A stretch of 64,000 nt of DNA from Eledone cirrhosa (lineage: Eukaryota), in NCBI GenBank assembly GCA_964016885.1, contig CAXHJY010001472.1:434001-498000 (forward strand). Reading direction: 5' to 3'. The translations under genes and the position numbers were made by a program. This document shows, one piece after another, positions 12,431 through 26,000 of this stretch; position 1 is the stretch's first letter; each line of letters begins with the position of its first letter. The notes under the pieces are model-generated. The model was given only the letters and a program-made list of their open reading frames with translations, had not been told where the DNA came from and did not search any database.

Positions 12431-15400
12431 CTGGAAATTATCTTCCCTTGGACGGCTGGAAATTATCTCCCCTTGATTTTTTTTACAAATTATCTCCCCC
12501 TGATTTTTTTTTACAAATTATCTCCCCCTGATTTTTTTTTTACAAATTATCTCCCCCTGATTTTTTTTACAAATTATCTCCCCCTGATTTTTTTTTTACA
12601 AATTATCTCCCCCTGATTTTTTTACAAATTATCTCCCCTTGCACGACTGGAAATTATCTCCCCTTGGACAGCTGGAAATTATCTGCCCTTGATTTTGTTT
12701 TTACAAATTATCTCCCCCTGATTTTTTTTACAAATTATCTCCACCTGATTTTTTAAAAAATTATCTCCCCTTGGACGGCTGGAAATTATCTCCCCTTGGC
12801 TGGAAATTATCTCCCCTTGGACGGCTAGAAATTATCTCTCTTTGGACGGCTGGAAATTATCTCCCTTTGATTTTTTTGACAAATTATCTCCCTCTGATTT
12901 TTTTTACAAATCTCCCCCTGATTTTTTAAAAAAAATTATCTCCCCTTCGCTGGCTGGAAATTATCTCCCCTTGGACACTGGAAATTATAGCCCCCTGGAG
13001 GGCTGGAAATTATCTTCCCTTGGACGGCTGGAAATTATCTCCCCTTGATTTTTTTACAAATTATCTCCCCCTGATTTTTTTTTACAAATTATCTCCCCCT
13101 GAATTTTTTTACAAATTATCTCCCCCTGATTTTTTTTTACAAATTATCTCCCCCTGATATTTTTTTTACAAATTATCTCCGCCTGATTTTTTTAAAAAAA
13201 TTATCTCCCCTTGGACGGCTGGAAATTATCTCACTTGGACGGCTGGAAATTATCTCCCCTTGGACGGCTAGAAATTACCTCTCCTTGGATGGCTGAAAAT
13301 TATCTCCCCTTGGACGGCTGCAAATTATCTCCCCTTGATTTTTTTTACAAATTATCTCCCCCTGATTTTTTTTTTACAAATTATCTCCCCCTGATTTTTT
13401 TTTTACAAATCTCCGCCTGATTTTTAAAAAAAATTATCTCCCCTTGGACGGCTGGAAATTATCTCCCCTTGGACGGCTGGAAATTATCTTCCCTTGGACG
13501 GCTAGAAATTACCTCTCATTGGACGGCTGAAAATTATCTCCCCTTGGACGGCTGGAAATTATCTCCCCTTGATTTTTTTACAAATTATCTCCCCCTGATT
13601 TTTTTTTACAAATTATCTACCCCTGATTTTTTTTACAAATTATCTCCCCCTGATTTTTTTTACAAATTATCTCCCCCTGATTTTTTTACAAATTATCTTC
13701 CCTTGGCTGGCGGGAAATTATCTCCCCTTGGACGGCTGGAAATTATCTCCCCTTGGAAGGATGGAAATTATCTCCCCTTGGACAGCTGGAAATTATCTCC
13801 CCTTGGACGGCTGAAAATTATCTCGCCTTGATTTTTTTTTTACAAATTATCTCCCCCTGATTTTTTTTTACAAATTATCTCCCCCTGATTTTTTTTACAA
13901 ATTATCTCCCCCTGATTTTTTTACAAATTAGCTCCGCCTGATTTTTTTAAAAATTATCTTCCCTTGGCTGGCGGGAAATTATCTCCCCTTGGACGGCTGG
14001 AAATTATCTCCCCTTGGAAGGACGGAAATTATCTCCCCTTGGACAGCTAGAAATTACCTCTCCTTGGACGGCTGAAAATTATTTCCCCTTGGACGGCTGC
14101 AAATTATCTCCCCTTGATTTTTTTTACAAATTATCTCCCCCTGATTTTTTTTAAAAATTATCTACCCCTGATTTTTTTTACAAATTATCTCCGCCTGATT
14201 TTTTTTTACAAATTATCTCCCCCTGATTTTTTTTTTACAAATTATCTACCCCTGATTTTTTTACATATTATCTCCCCCTGATTTTTTTTACAAATTATCT
14301 CCGCCTGATTTTTTAAAATATTATCTTCCCTTGGCTGGCGGGAAATTATCTCCCCTTGGACGGCTGGAAATTATCTCCACTTGCACGGCTGGAAATTATC
14401 TCCCCTTCGACAGCTGGAAATTATCTGCCCTTGATTTTGTTTTTACAAATTATCTCCCCCTGATTTTTTTTACAAATTATCTCCACCTGATTTTTTAAAA
14501 AATTATCTCCCCTTGGACGGCTGGAAATTATCTCCCCTTGGCTGGAAATTATCTCCCCTTGGACGGCTAGAAATTATCTCTCTTTGGACGGCTGGAAATT
14601 ATCTCCCTTTGATTTTTTTAACAAATTATCTCCCTCTGATTTTTTTTACAAATCTCCCCCTGATTTTTTTAAAAAAATTATCTCCCCTTCGCTGGCTGGA
14701 AATTATCTCCCCTTGGACACTGGAAATTATAGCCCCCTGGAGGGCTGGAAATTATCTCCCCTTGGACGGCTGCAAATTATCTCCCCTTGATTTTTCTTAC
14801 AAATTATCTCCCCTTGATTTTTTTTTACAAATTATCTCCCCCTGATTTTTTTTACAAATTATCTCCCCCTGAATTATTTTTACAAATTATCTCCCCCTGA
14901 TTTTTTTTTTACAAATTATCTCCCCCTGATTTTTTTACAAATTATCTCCCCCTGATTTTTTTTACAATCTCCGCCTGATTTTTTTTAAAATTATCTTCCC
15001 TTGGCTGGCTGGAAATTATCTCCCCTTGGACGGCTGGAAATTATCTCCCCTTGGAAGGATGGAAATTATCTCCCCTTGGACGGCTGGAAATTATCTCCCC
15101 TTGCACGGCTGGAAATTATCTCCCCTTGGACAGCTGGAAATTATCTGCCCTTGATTTTGTTTTTACAAATTATCTTCCCCTGATTTTTTTTACAAATTAT
15201 CTCCCCCTGATTTTTTTTACAAATTATCTCCCCCTGATTTTTTTTTACAAATTATCTCCCCCTGATTTTTTTACAAATTATCTCCCCCTGATTTTTTTAC
15301 AAATTATCTCCGCCTGATATTTTTAAATATTATCTTCCCTTGGCTGGCGGGAAATTAGCTCCCCTTGGACGGCTGGAAATTATCTCCCCTTGCACTGCTG

Positions 15401-17020
15401 GAAATTATCTCCCCTTGGACGGCTGGAAATTATCTGCCCTTGATTTTGTTTTTGCAAATTATCTTCCCCTGATTTTTTTAACAAATTATCTCCACCTGAT
15501 TTTTAAAAAAAATTATCTCCCCTCGGACGGCTGGAAATTATCTCCCCTTGGCTGGAAATTATCTCCCCTTGGACGGCTAGAAATGATCTCTCTTTGGACG
15601 GCTGGAAATTATCTCCCTTGATTTTTTTTACAAATTATCTCCCCCTGATTTTTTTACAAATTATCTCCCCCTGATTTTTTTTACAATCTCCGCCTGATTT
15701 TTTTAAAAATGATCTCCCCTTGGACGGCTGGAAATGATCTCCCCTTGGACGCTGGAAATTATAGCCCCTTGGAGGGCTGGAAATTATCTCCCCTTGGACG
15801 GCTGGAAATTATCTCCCCTTGGACGGCTAGAAATTACCTCTCCTTGGACGGCTGAAAATTATCTCCCCTTGGACGGCTGCAAATTATCTCCCCTTGATTT
15901 TTTTACAAATTATCTCCCCTTGATTTTTTTTTACAAATTATCTCCCCCTGATTTTATTTACAAATTATCTCCCCCTGATTTTTTTTTACAAATTATCTCC
16001 CCCTGATTTTTTTTTACAAATTATCTCCCCCTGATTTTTTTACAAATTATCTTCCCTTGGCTGGCGGGAAATTATCTCCCCTTGGACGGCTGGAAATTAT
16101 CTCCCCTTGGAAGGATGGAAATTATCTCCCCTTGCACGGCTGGAAATTATCTCCCCTTGCACGGCTGGAAATTATCTCCCCTTGGACAGCTGGAAATTAT
16201 CTGCCCTTGATTTTGTTTTTACAAATTATCTACCCCTGATTTTTTTTACAAATTATCTCCCCCTGATTTTTTTTTTACAAATTATCTCCCCATGATTTTT
16301 TTAAAAATGATCTCCCCTTGGACGGCTGGAAATGATCTCCCCTTGGCTGGTTGGAAATTATCTCCCCTTGGACCGCTAGAAATTATCTCTCCTTGGACGG
16401 CTGGAAATTATCTCCCCTTGATTTTTTTCACAAATCTCCCCCTAATTTAAAAAAAAATTATCTCCCCTTCGCTGGCTGGAAATTATCTCCCTTTGGACGG
16501 CTGGAAATTATAGCCCCTTGTAGGGCTGGAAATTATCTCCCCTTGGACGGCTGGAAATTATCTCCCCTTGATTTTTTTAACAAATTTTCTCCCCCTGATT
16601 TTTTTAAAAATGATCTCCCCTTGGACGGCTGAAAATGATCTCCCCTTGGCTGGTTGGAAATTATCTCCCCTTGGACCGCTAGAAATTATCTCTCCTTGGA
16701 CGGCTGGAAATTATGTCCCCTTGATTTTTTTTACAAATCTCCCCCTAATTTAAAAAAAAATTATCTCCCCTTCGCTGGCTGGAAATTATCTCCCCTTGGA
16801 CGCTGGAAATTATAGCCCCTTGGAGGGCTGGAAATTATCTTACCTTGGACGGCTGGAAATTATCTCCCCTTGATTTTTTTTTACAAATTATCTCCCCCTG
16901 ATTTTTTTTTATAAATTATCTCCCCCTGATTTTTTTTACAAATTATCTCCCCCTGATTTTTCTTAACAAATTATCTCCGCCTGATTTTTTAAAAAAAATT
17001 ATCTCCCCTTGGACGGCTGG

Positions 17021-20000
17021 AAATTATCTCCCCTTGGACGGCTGGAAATTATCTCCCCTTGGACGGCTAGAAATTACCTCTCCTTGGACGGCTGAAAATT
17101 ATCTCCCCTTGGACGGCTGCAAATTATCTCCCCTTGATTTTTTTTACAAATTATCTCCCCTTGATTTTTTTTTACAAATTATCTCCCCCTGATTTTTTTT
17201 ACAAATTATCTCCCCCTGATTTTTTTTTACAAATTATCTCCCCCTGATTTTTTTTTTACAAATTATCTCCCCCTGATTTTTTTACAAATTATCTCCCCCT
17301 GATTTTTTTACAAATTATCTCCCCCTGATTTTTTTCACAATCTCCGCCTGATTTTTTTAAAAATTATCTTCCCTTGGCTGGCGGGAAATTATCTCCCCTT
17401 GGACGGCTGGAAATTATCTCCCCTTGGAAGGATGGAAATTATCTCCCCTTGGACGGCTGGAAATTATCTCCCCTTGCACGGCTGGAAATTATCTCCCCTT
17501 GGACAGCTGGAAATTATCTGCCCTTGATTTTGTTTTTACAAATTATCTCCCCCTGATTTTTTTTACAAATTATCTCCACCTGATTTTTAAAAAAATTATC
17601 TCCCCTTGGACGGCTGGAAATTATCTCCCCTTGGCTGCAAATTATCTCCCCTTGGACGGCTAGAAATTATCTCTCTTTGGACGGCTGGAAATTATCTCCC
17701 TTTGATTTTTTTAACAAATTATCTCCCTCTGATTTTTTTTACAAATCTCCCCCTGATTTTTTAAAAAAAATTATCTCCCCTTCGCTGGCTGGAAATTGTC
17801 CCCCCTTGGACACTGGAAATTATAGCCCCCTGGAGGGCTGGAAATTATCTTCCCTTGGACGGCTGGAAATGATCTCCCCTTGATTTTTTTACAAATTATC
17901 TCCCCCTGATTTTTTTTTACAAATTATCTCCCCCTGATTTTTTTTACAAATTATCTCCCCCTGATTTTTTTTTACAAATTATCTCCCCCTGATATTTTTT
18001 TACAAATTATCTCCGCCTGATTTTTTAAAAAAATTATCTCCCCTTGGACGGCTGGAAATTATCTCCCCTTGGACGGCTGGAAATTATCTCCCCTTGGACG
18101 GCTAGAAATTACCTCTCCTTGGATGGCTGAAAATTATCTCCCCTTGGACGGCTGCAAATTATCTCCCCTTGATTTTTTTTACAAATTATCTCCCCCTGAT
18201 TTTTTTTTTACAAATTATCTCCCCCTGATTTTTTTTTTACAAATCTCCGCCAGATTTTTAAAAAAATTTATCTCCCGTTGGACGGCTGGAAATTATCTCC
18301 CCTTGGACGGCTGGAAATTATCTTCCCTTGGACGGCTAGAAATTACCTCTCCTTGGACGGCTGAAAATCATCTCCCCTTGGACGGCTGGAAATTATCTCC
18401 CCTTGATTTTTTTACAAATTATCTGCCCCTGATTTTTTTTTTACAAATTATCTCCCCCTGATTTTTTTTACAAATTATCTACCCCTGATTTTTTTTACAA
18501 ATTATCTCCCCCTGATTTTTTTAAAAATGATCTCCCCTTGGACGGCTGGAAATGATCTCCCCTTGGCTGGTTGGAAATTATCTCCCCTTGGACCGCTAGA
18601 AATTATCTCTCCTTGGACGGCTGGAAATTATCTCCCCTTGATTTTTTTTACAAATCTCCCCCTAATTTAAAAAAAAATTATCTCCCCTTCGCTGGCTGGA
18701 AATTATCTCCCTTTGGACGGCTGGAAATTATAGCCCCTTGTAGGGCTGGAAATTATCTCCCCTTGGACGGCTGGAAATTATCTCCCCTTGATTTTTTTTT
18801 ACAAATTATCTCCCCCTGATTTTTTAAAAAATGATCTCCCCTTGGACGGCTGGAAATGATCTCCCCTTGGCTGGTTGGAAATTATCTCCCCTTGGACCGC
18901 TAGAAATTATCTCTCCTTGGACGGCTGGAAATTATCTCCCCTTGATTTTTTTACAAATTATCTCCCCCTGATTTTTTTTACAAATCTCCCAGTGATTTTT
19001 TAAAAAAATTATCTCGCCTCCGCTGGCTGGAAATTATCTCCCCTTGGACGGCTGGAAATTATCTCCCCTTGATTTTTTTACAAATTATCTCCCCCTGATT
19101 TTTTTTTTACAAATTATCTCCCCCTGATTTTTTTTTACAAATTATCTCCCCCTGATTTTTTTAAACAAATTATCTCCGCCTGATTTTTTTAAAAAAATTA
19201 TCTCCCCTTGGACGGCTGGAAATTATCTCCCCTTGGACGGCTGGAAATTATCTCCCCTTGATTTTTTTTACAAATTATCTCCCCCTGATATTTTTTTACA
19301 AATTATCTCCCCCAGATTTTTTTTTACAAATTATCTGCCCCTGATTTTTTTTAACAAATTATCTCCCCTTGGACGGCTGGAAATTATCTCCCCTTGGACG
19401 GCTGGAAATTATCTCCCCTTGGACGGCTAGAAATTACCTCTCCTTGGACGGCTGAAAATTATCTCCCCTTGGACGGCTGCAAATTATCTCCCCTTGATTT
19501 TTTTTACAAATTATCTCCCCCTGATTTTTTTTACAAATTATCTCCCCCTGATTTTTTTTTACAAATTATCTCCCCCTGATTTTTTTTTTACAAATTATCT
19601 CCCCATGATTTTTTTACAAATTATCTCCCCCTGATTTTTTTTACAATCTCCGCCTGATTTTTTTTTAAATTATCTTCCCTTGGCTGGCTTGAAATTATCT
19701 CCCCTTGGACGGCTGGAAATTATCTCCCCTTGGAAGGATGGAAATTATCTCCCCTTGAACGGCTGGAAATTATCTCCCCTTGCACGGCTGGAAATTATCT
19801 CCCCTTGGACAGCTGGAAATTATCTGCCCTTGATTTTGTTTTTACAAATTATCTTCCCCTGATTTTTTTTACAAATTATCTCCACCTGATTTTTTAAAAA
19901 ATTATCTCCCCTTGGACGGCTGGAAATTATCTCCCCTTGGCTGGAAATTATCTCCCCTTGGACGGCTAGAAATTATCTCTCTTTGGACGGCTGGAAATTA

Positions 20001-23000
20001 TCTCCCTTTGATTTTTTTAACAAATTATCTCCCTCTGATTTTTTTTACAAATCTCCCCCTGATTTTTTTTAAAAAATTATCTCCCCTTCGCTGGCTGGAA
20101 ATTATCTCCCCTTGGACACTGGAAATTATAGCCCCCTGGAGGGCTGGAAATTATCTTCCCTTGGACGGCTGGAAATTATCTCCCCTTGATTTTTTTACAA
20201 ATTATCTCCCCCTGATTTTTTTTTACAAATTATCTACCCCTGATTTTTTTTACAAATTATCTCCCCCTGATTTTTTTTTACAAATTATCTCCCCCTGATA
20301 TTTTTTTTACAAATTATCTCCGCCTGATTTTTTTAAAAAAATTATCTCCCCTTGGACGGCTGGAAATTATCTCCCCTTGGACGGCTGGAAATTATCTCCC
20401 CTTGGACGGCTAGAAATTACCTCTCCTTGGACGGCTGAAAATTATCTCCTCTTGGACGGCTGCAAATTATCTCCCCTTGATTTTTTTTACAAATTATCTC
20501 CCCCTGATTTTTTTTTTACAAATTATCTACCCCTGATTTTTTTTACAAATTATCTCCGCCTGATTTTTTTTTACAAATTATCTCCCCCTGATTTTTTTTT
20601 ACAAATTATCTCCCCCTGATTTTTTTTTACAAATTATCTCCCCCTGATTTTTTTACAAATTATCTCCCCCTGATTTTTTTTACAATCTCCGCCTGATTTT
20701 TTTAAAAATTATCTTCCCTTGGCTGGCGGGAAATTATCTCCCCTTGGACGGCTGGAAATTATCTCCCCTTGGAAGGATGGAAATTATCTCCCCTTGGACG
20801 GCTGGAAATTATCTCCCCTTGCACGGCTGGAAATTATCTCCCCTTGGACAGCTGGAAATTATCTGCCCTTGATTTTGTTTTTACAAATTATCTCCCCCTG
20901 ATTTTTTTTACAAATTATCTCCACCTGATTTTTTAATAAATTGTCTCCCCTTGGACGGCTGGAAATTATCTCCCCTTGGCTGGAAATTATCTCCCCTTGG
21001 ACGGCTAGAAATTATCTCTCTTTGGACGGCTGGAAATTATCTCCCTTTGATTTTTTTAACAAATTATCTCCCTCTGATTTTTTTTACAAATCTCCCCCTG
21101 ATTTTTTAAAAAAAATTATCTCCCCTTCGCTGGCTGGAAATTATCTCCCCTTGGACACTGGAAATTATAGCCCCCTGGAGGGCTGGAAATTATCTCCCCT
21201 TGGACGGCTGCAAATTATCTCCCCTTGATTTTTCTTACAAATTATCTCCCCTTGATTTTTTTTTACAAATTATCTCCCCCTGATTTTTTTTACAAATTAT
21301 CTCCCCCTGATTTTTTTTTACAAATTATCTCCCCCTGATTTTTTTACAAATTATCTCCCTCTGATTTTTTTTTACAAATTATCTCCGCCTGATTTTTTAA
21401 AATATTATCTTCCCTTGGCTGGCGGGAAATTAGCTCCCCTTGGACGGCTGGAAATTATCTCCCCTTGCACTGCTGGAAATTATCTCTCCTTGGACGGCTG
21501 GAAATTATCTGCCCTTGATTTTGTTTTTACAAATTATCTTCCCCTGATTTTTTTAACAAATTATCTCCACCTGATTTTTAAAAAAATTATCTCCCCTCGG
21601 ACGGCTGGAAATTATCCCCCCTTGGTTTGAAATTATCTCCCCTTGGACGGCTAGAAATGATCTCTCTTTGGACGGCTGGAAATTATCTCCCTTGATTTTT
21701 TTTACAAATTATCTCCCCCTGATTTTTTTACAAATTATCTCCCCCTGATTATTTTTACAATCTCCGCCTGATTTTTTTAAAAATAATCTCCCCTTGGACG
21801 GCTGGAAATGATCTCCCCTTGGACGCTGGAAATTATAGCCCCTTGGAGGGCTGGAAATTATCTTCCCTTGGACGGCTGGAAATTATCTCCCCTTGATTTT
21901 TTTTACAAATTATCTCCCCCTGATTTTTTTTTACAAATTATCTCCCCCTGATTTTTTTTTACAAATTATCTCCCCCTGATTTTTTTTTTACAAATTATCT
22001 CCCCCTGATTTTTTTACAAATTATCTCCCCCTGATTTTTTTTACAATCTCCGCCTGATTTTTTTCAAAATTATCTTCCCTTGGCTGGCGGGAAATTATCT
22101 CCCCTTGGACGGCTGGAAATTATCTCCCCTTGGAAGGATGGAAATTATCTCCCCTTGGACGGCTGGAAATTATCTCCCCTTGCACGGCTGGAAATTATCT
22201 CCCCTTGGACAGCTGGAAATTATCTGCCCTTGATTTTGTTTTTACAAATTATCTCCCCCTGATTTTTTTTACAAATTATCTCCGCCTGATTTTTTAAAAT
22301 ATTATCTTCCCTTGGCTGGCGGGAAATTAGCTCCCCTTGGACGGCTGGAAATTATCTCCCCTTGCACTGCTGGAAATTATCTCCCCTTGGACGGCTGGAA
22401 ATTATCTGCCCTTGATTTTGTTTTTACAAATTATCTTCCCCTGATTTTTTTTACAATCTCCGCCTGATTTTTTTAAAAATTATCTTCCCTTGGCTGGCGG
22501 GAAATTATCTCCCCTTGGACGGCTGGAAATTATCTCACCATGGAAGGATGGAAATTATCTCCCCTTGGACGGCTGGAAATTATCTCCCCTTGCACGGCTG
22601 GAAATTATCTCCCCTTGGACAGCTGGAAATTATCTGCCCTTGATTTTGTTTTTACAAATTATCTCCCCCTGATTTTTTTTACAAATTATCTCCACCTGAT
22701 TTTTTAAAAAATTATCTCCCCTTGGACGGCTGGAAATTATCTCCCCTTGGACGGCTAGAAATTATCTCTCTTTGGACGGCTGGAAATTATCTCCCTTTGA
22801 TTTTTTTAACAAATTATCTCCCTCTGATTTTTTTTACAAATCTCCCCCTGATTTTTTTAAAAAAATTATCTCCCCTTCGCTGGCTGGAAATTATCTCCCC
22901 TTGGACACTTGAAATTATAGCCCCCTGGAGGGCTGGAAATTATCTTCCCTTGGACGGCTGGAAATTATCTCCCCTTGATTTTTTTACAAATTATCTCCCC

Positions 23001-26000
23001 CTGATTTTTTTTTACAAATTATCTCCCCCTGATTTTTTTTACAAATTATCTCCCCCTGATTTTTTTTACAAATTATCTCCCCCTGATATTTTTTTTACAA
23101 ATTATCTCCGCCTGATTTTTTAAAAAAAATTATCTCCCCCTGATTTTTTTTTACAAATTATCTCCCCCTGATTTTTTTTTTACAAATTATCTCCCCCTGA
23201 TTTTTTTACAAATTATCTCCCCCTGATTTTTTTTACAATCTCCGCCTGATTTTTTTAAAAATTATCTTCCCTTGGCTGGCGGGAAATTATCTCCCCTTGG
23301 ACGGCTGGAAATTATCTCCCCTTGGAAGGATGGAAATTATCTCCCCTTGGACGGCTGGAAATTATCTCCCCTTGCACGGCTGGAAATTATCTCCCCTTGG
23401 ACAGCTGGAAATTATCTGCCCTTGATTTTGTTTTTACAAATTATCTCCCCCTGATTTTTTTTACAAATTATCTCCACCTGATTTTTTAAAAAATTATCTC
23501 CCCTTGGACGGCTGGAAATTATCTCCCCTTGGACGGCTAGAAATTATCTCTCTTTGGACGGCTGGAAATTATCTCCCTTTGATTTTTTTAACAAATTATC
23601 TCCCTCTGATTTTTTTTACAAATCTCCCCCTGATTTTTAAAAAAAAATTATCTCCCCTTCGCTGGCTGGAAATTATCTCCCCTTGGACACTGGAAATTAT
23701 CTCCCCTTGGACGGCTGGATATTATCTCCCCTTGATTTTTTTTACAAATTATCTCCCCCTGATTTTTTTTTAGAAAATTATCTCCCCTGATTTTTTTTTT
23801 ACAAATTATCTCCCCCTGATTTTTTTACAAATTATCTCCCCCTGATTTTTTTACAAATTATCCGCCTGATTTTTTAAAAAATTATCTTCCCTTGGCTGGC
23901 GGGAAATTATCTCCCCTTGGACGGCTGGAAATTATCTCCCCTTGGAAGGATGGAAATTATCTCCCCTTGGACGGCTGGAAATTATTGCCCCTTGCACGGC
24001 TGGAAATTATCTCCCCTTGGACAGCTGGAAATTATCTGCCCTTGATTTTGTTTTTACAAATTATCTCCCCCTGATTTTTTTTACAAATTATCTCCACCTG
24101 ATTTTTTAAAAAATCATCTCCCCTTGGACGGCTGGAAATTATCTCCCCTTGGCTGGAAATTATCTCCCCTTGGACGGCTAGAAATTATCTCTCTTTGGAC
24201 GGCTGGAAATTATCTCCCTTTGATTTTTTTAACAAATTATCTCCCTCTGATTTTTTTTACAAATCTCCCCCTGATTTTTAAAAAAAAATTATTTCCCCTT
24301 CGCTGGCTGGAAATTATCTCCCCTTGGACACTGGAAATTATAGCCCCTTGGAGGGCTGGAAATTATCTTCCCTTGGACGGCTGGAAATTATCTCCCCTTG
24401 ATTTTTTTTACAAATTATCTCCCCCTGATTTTTTTTTACAAATTATCTCCCCCTGATTTTTTTTTACAAATTATCTCCCCCTGATTTTTTTTACAAATTA
24501 TCTCCGCCTGATTTTTTTAAAAATTATCTTCCCTTGGCTGGCGGGAAATTATCTCCCCTTGGACGGCTGGAAATTATCTCCCCTTGGAAGGATGGAAATT
24601 ATCTCCCCTTGGACGGCTGGAAATTATCTCCCCTTGGACGGCTGAAAATTATCTCCCCTTGATTTTTTTACAAATTATCTCCCCCTGATTTTTTTTTACA
24701 AATTATCTCCCCCTGATTTTTTTTTTATAAATTATCTCTCCCTGATTTTTTTTTACAAATATCTCCCCTTGGCTGGCTGGAAATTATCTCATCTTGGCTG
24801 GCTGGAAATTATCTCCCCTTGGACGGTTGGAAATTATCTCCCCTTGGACGGCTGGAAATTATCTCCCCTTGGACGGCTGGAAATTATCTCCTCTTGGACT
24901 GTTGGAAATTATCTCCCCTTGGACGGCTGGAAATTATCTGCCCTTGATTTTTTTTTACAAATTATCTCCCCCTGATTTTTTTAAAAATGATCTCCCCTTG
25001 GACGGCTGGAAATGATCTCCCCTTGGCTGGTTGGAAATTATCTCCCCTTGGACCGCTAGAAATTATCTCTCCTTGGACGGCTAGAAATTATCTCCCCTTG
25101 ATTTTTTTACAAATTATCTCCTCCTGATCTTTTTTACAAATCTCCCAGTGATTTTTTTAAAAAAATTATCTCCCCTTCGCTGGCTGGAAATTATCTCCCC
25201 TTGGACGCTGGAAATTATAGCCCCTTGGAGGGCTGGAAATTATCTTCCCTTGGACGGCTGGAAATTATCTCCCCTTGATTTTTTTTACAAATTATCTCCC
25301 CCTGATTTTTTTTACAAATTATCTCCCCCTGATTTTTTTACAAATTATCTTCCCTTGGCTGGCGGGAAATTATCTCCCCTTGGACGGCTGGAAATTATCT
25401 CCCCTTGGAAGGATGGAAATTATCTCCCCTTGGACGGCTGGAAATTATCTCCCCTTGGACGGCTGAAAATTATCTCCCCTTGATTTATTTTTACAAATTA
25501 TCTCCCCCTGATTTTTTTTTACAAATTATCTCCCCCTGATTTTTTTTTTATAAATCTCCGCCTGATTTTTTACAAAAATTATCTCCCCTTGGACGGCTGG
25601 AAATTATCTCCCCTTGGACGGCTGGAAATTATCTTCCCTTGGACGGCTAGAAATTACCTCTCCTTGGACGGCTGAAAATTATCTCCCCTTGGACGGCTGG
25701 AAATTATCTCCCCTTGATTTTTTTACAAATTATCTGCCCCTGATTTTTTTTTACAAATTATCTCCCCCTGATTTTTTTTTTACAAATTATCTCCCCCTGA
25801 TTTTTTTAAAAATGATCTCCCCTTGGACGGCTGGAAATGATCTCCCCTTGGCTGGTTGGAAATTATCTCCCCTTGGACCGCTAGAAATTATCTCTCCTTG
25901 GACGGCTGGAAATTATAGCCCCTTGTAGGGCTGGAAATTATCTCCCCTTGGACGGCTGGAAATTATCTCCCCTTGATTTTTTTTACAAATTATCTCCCCC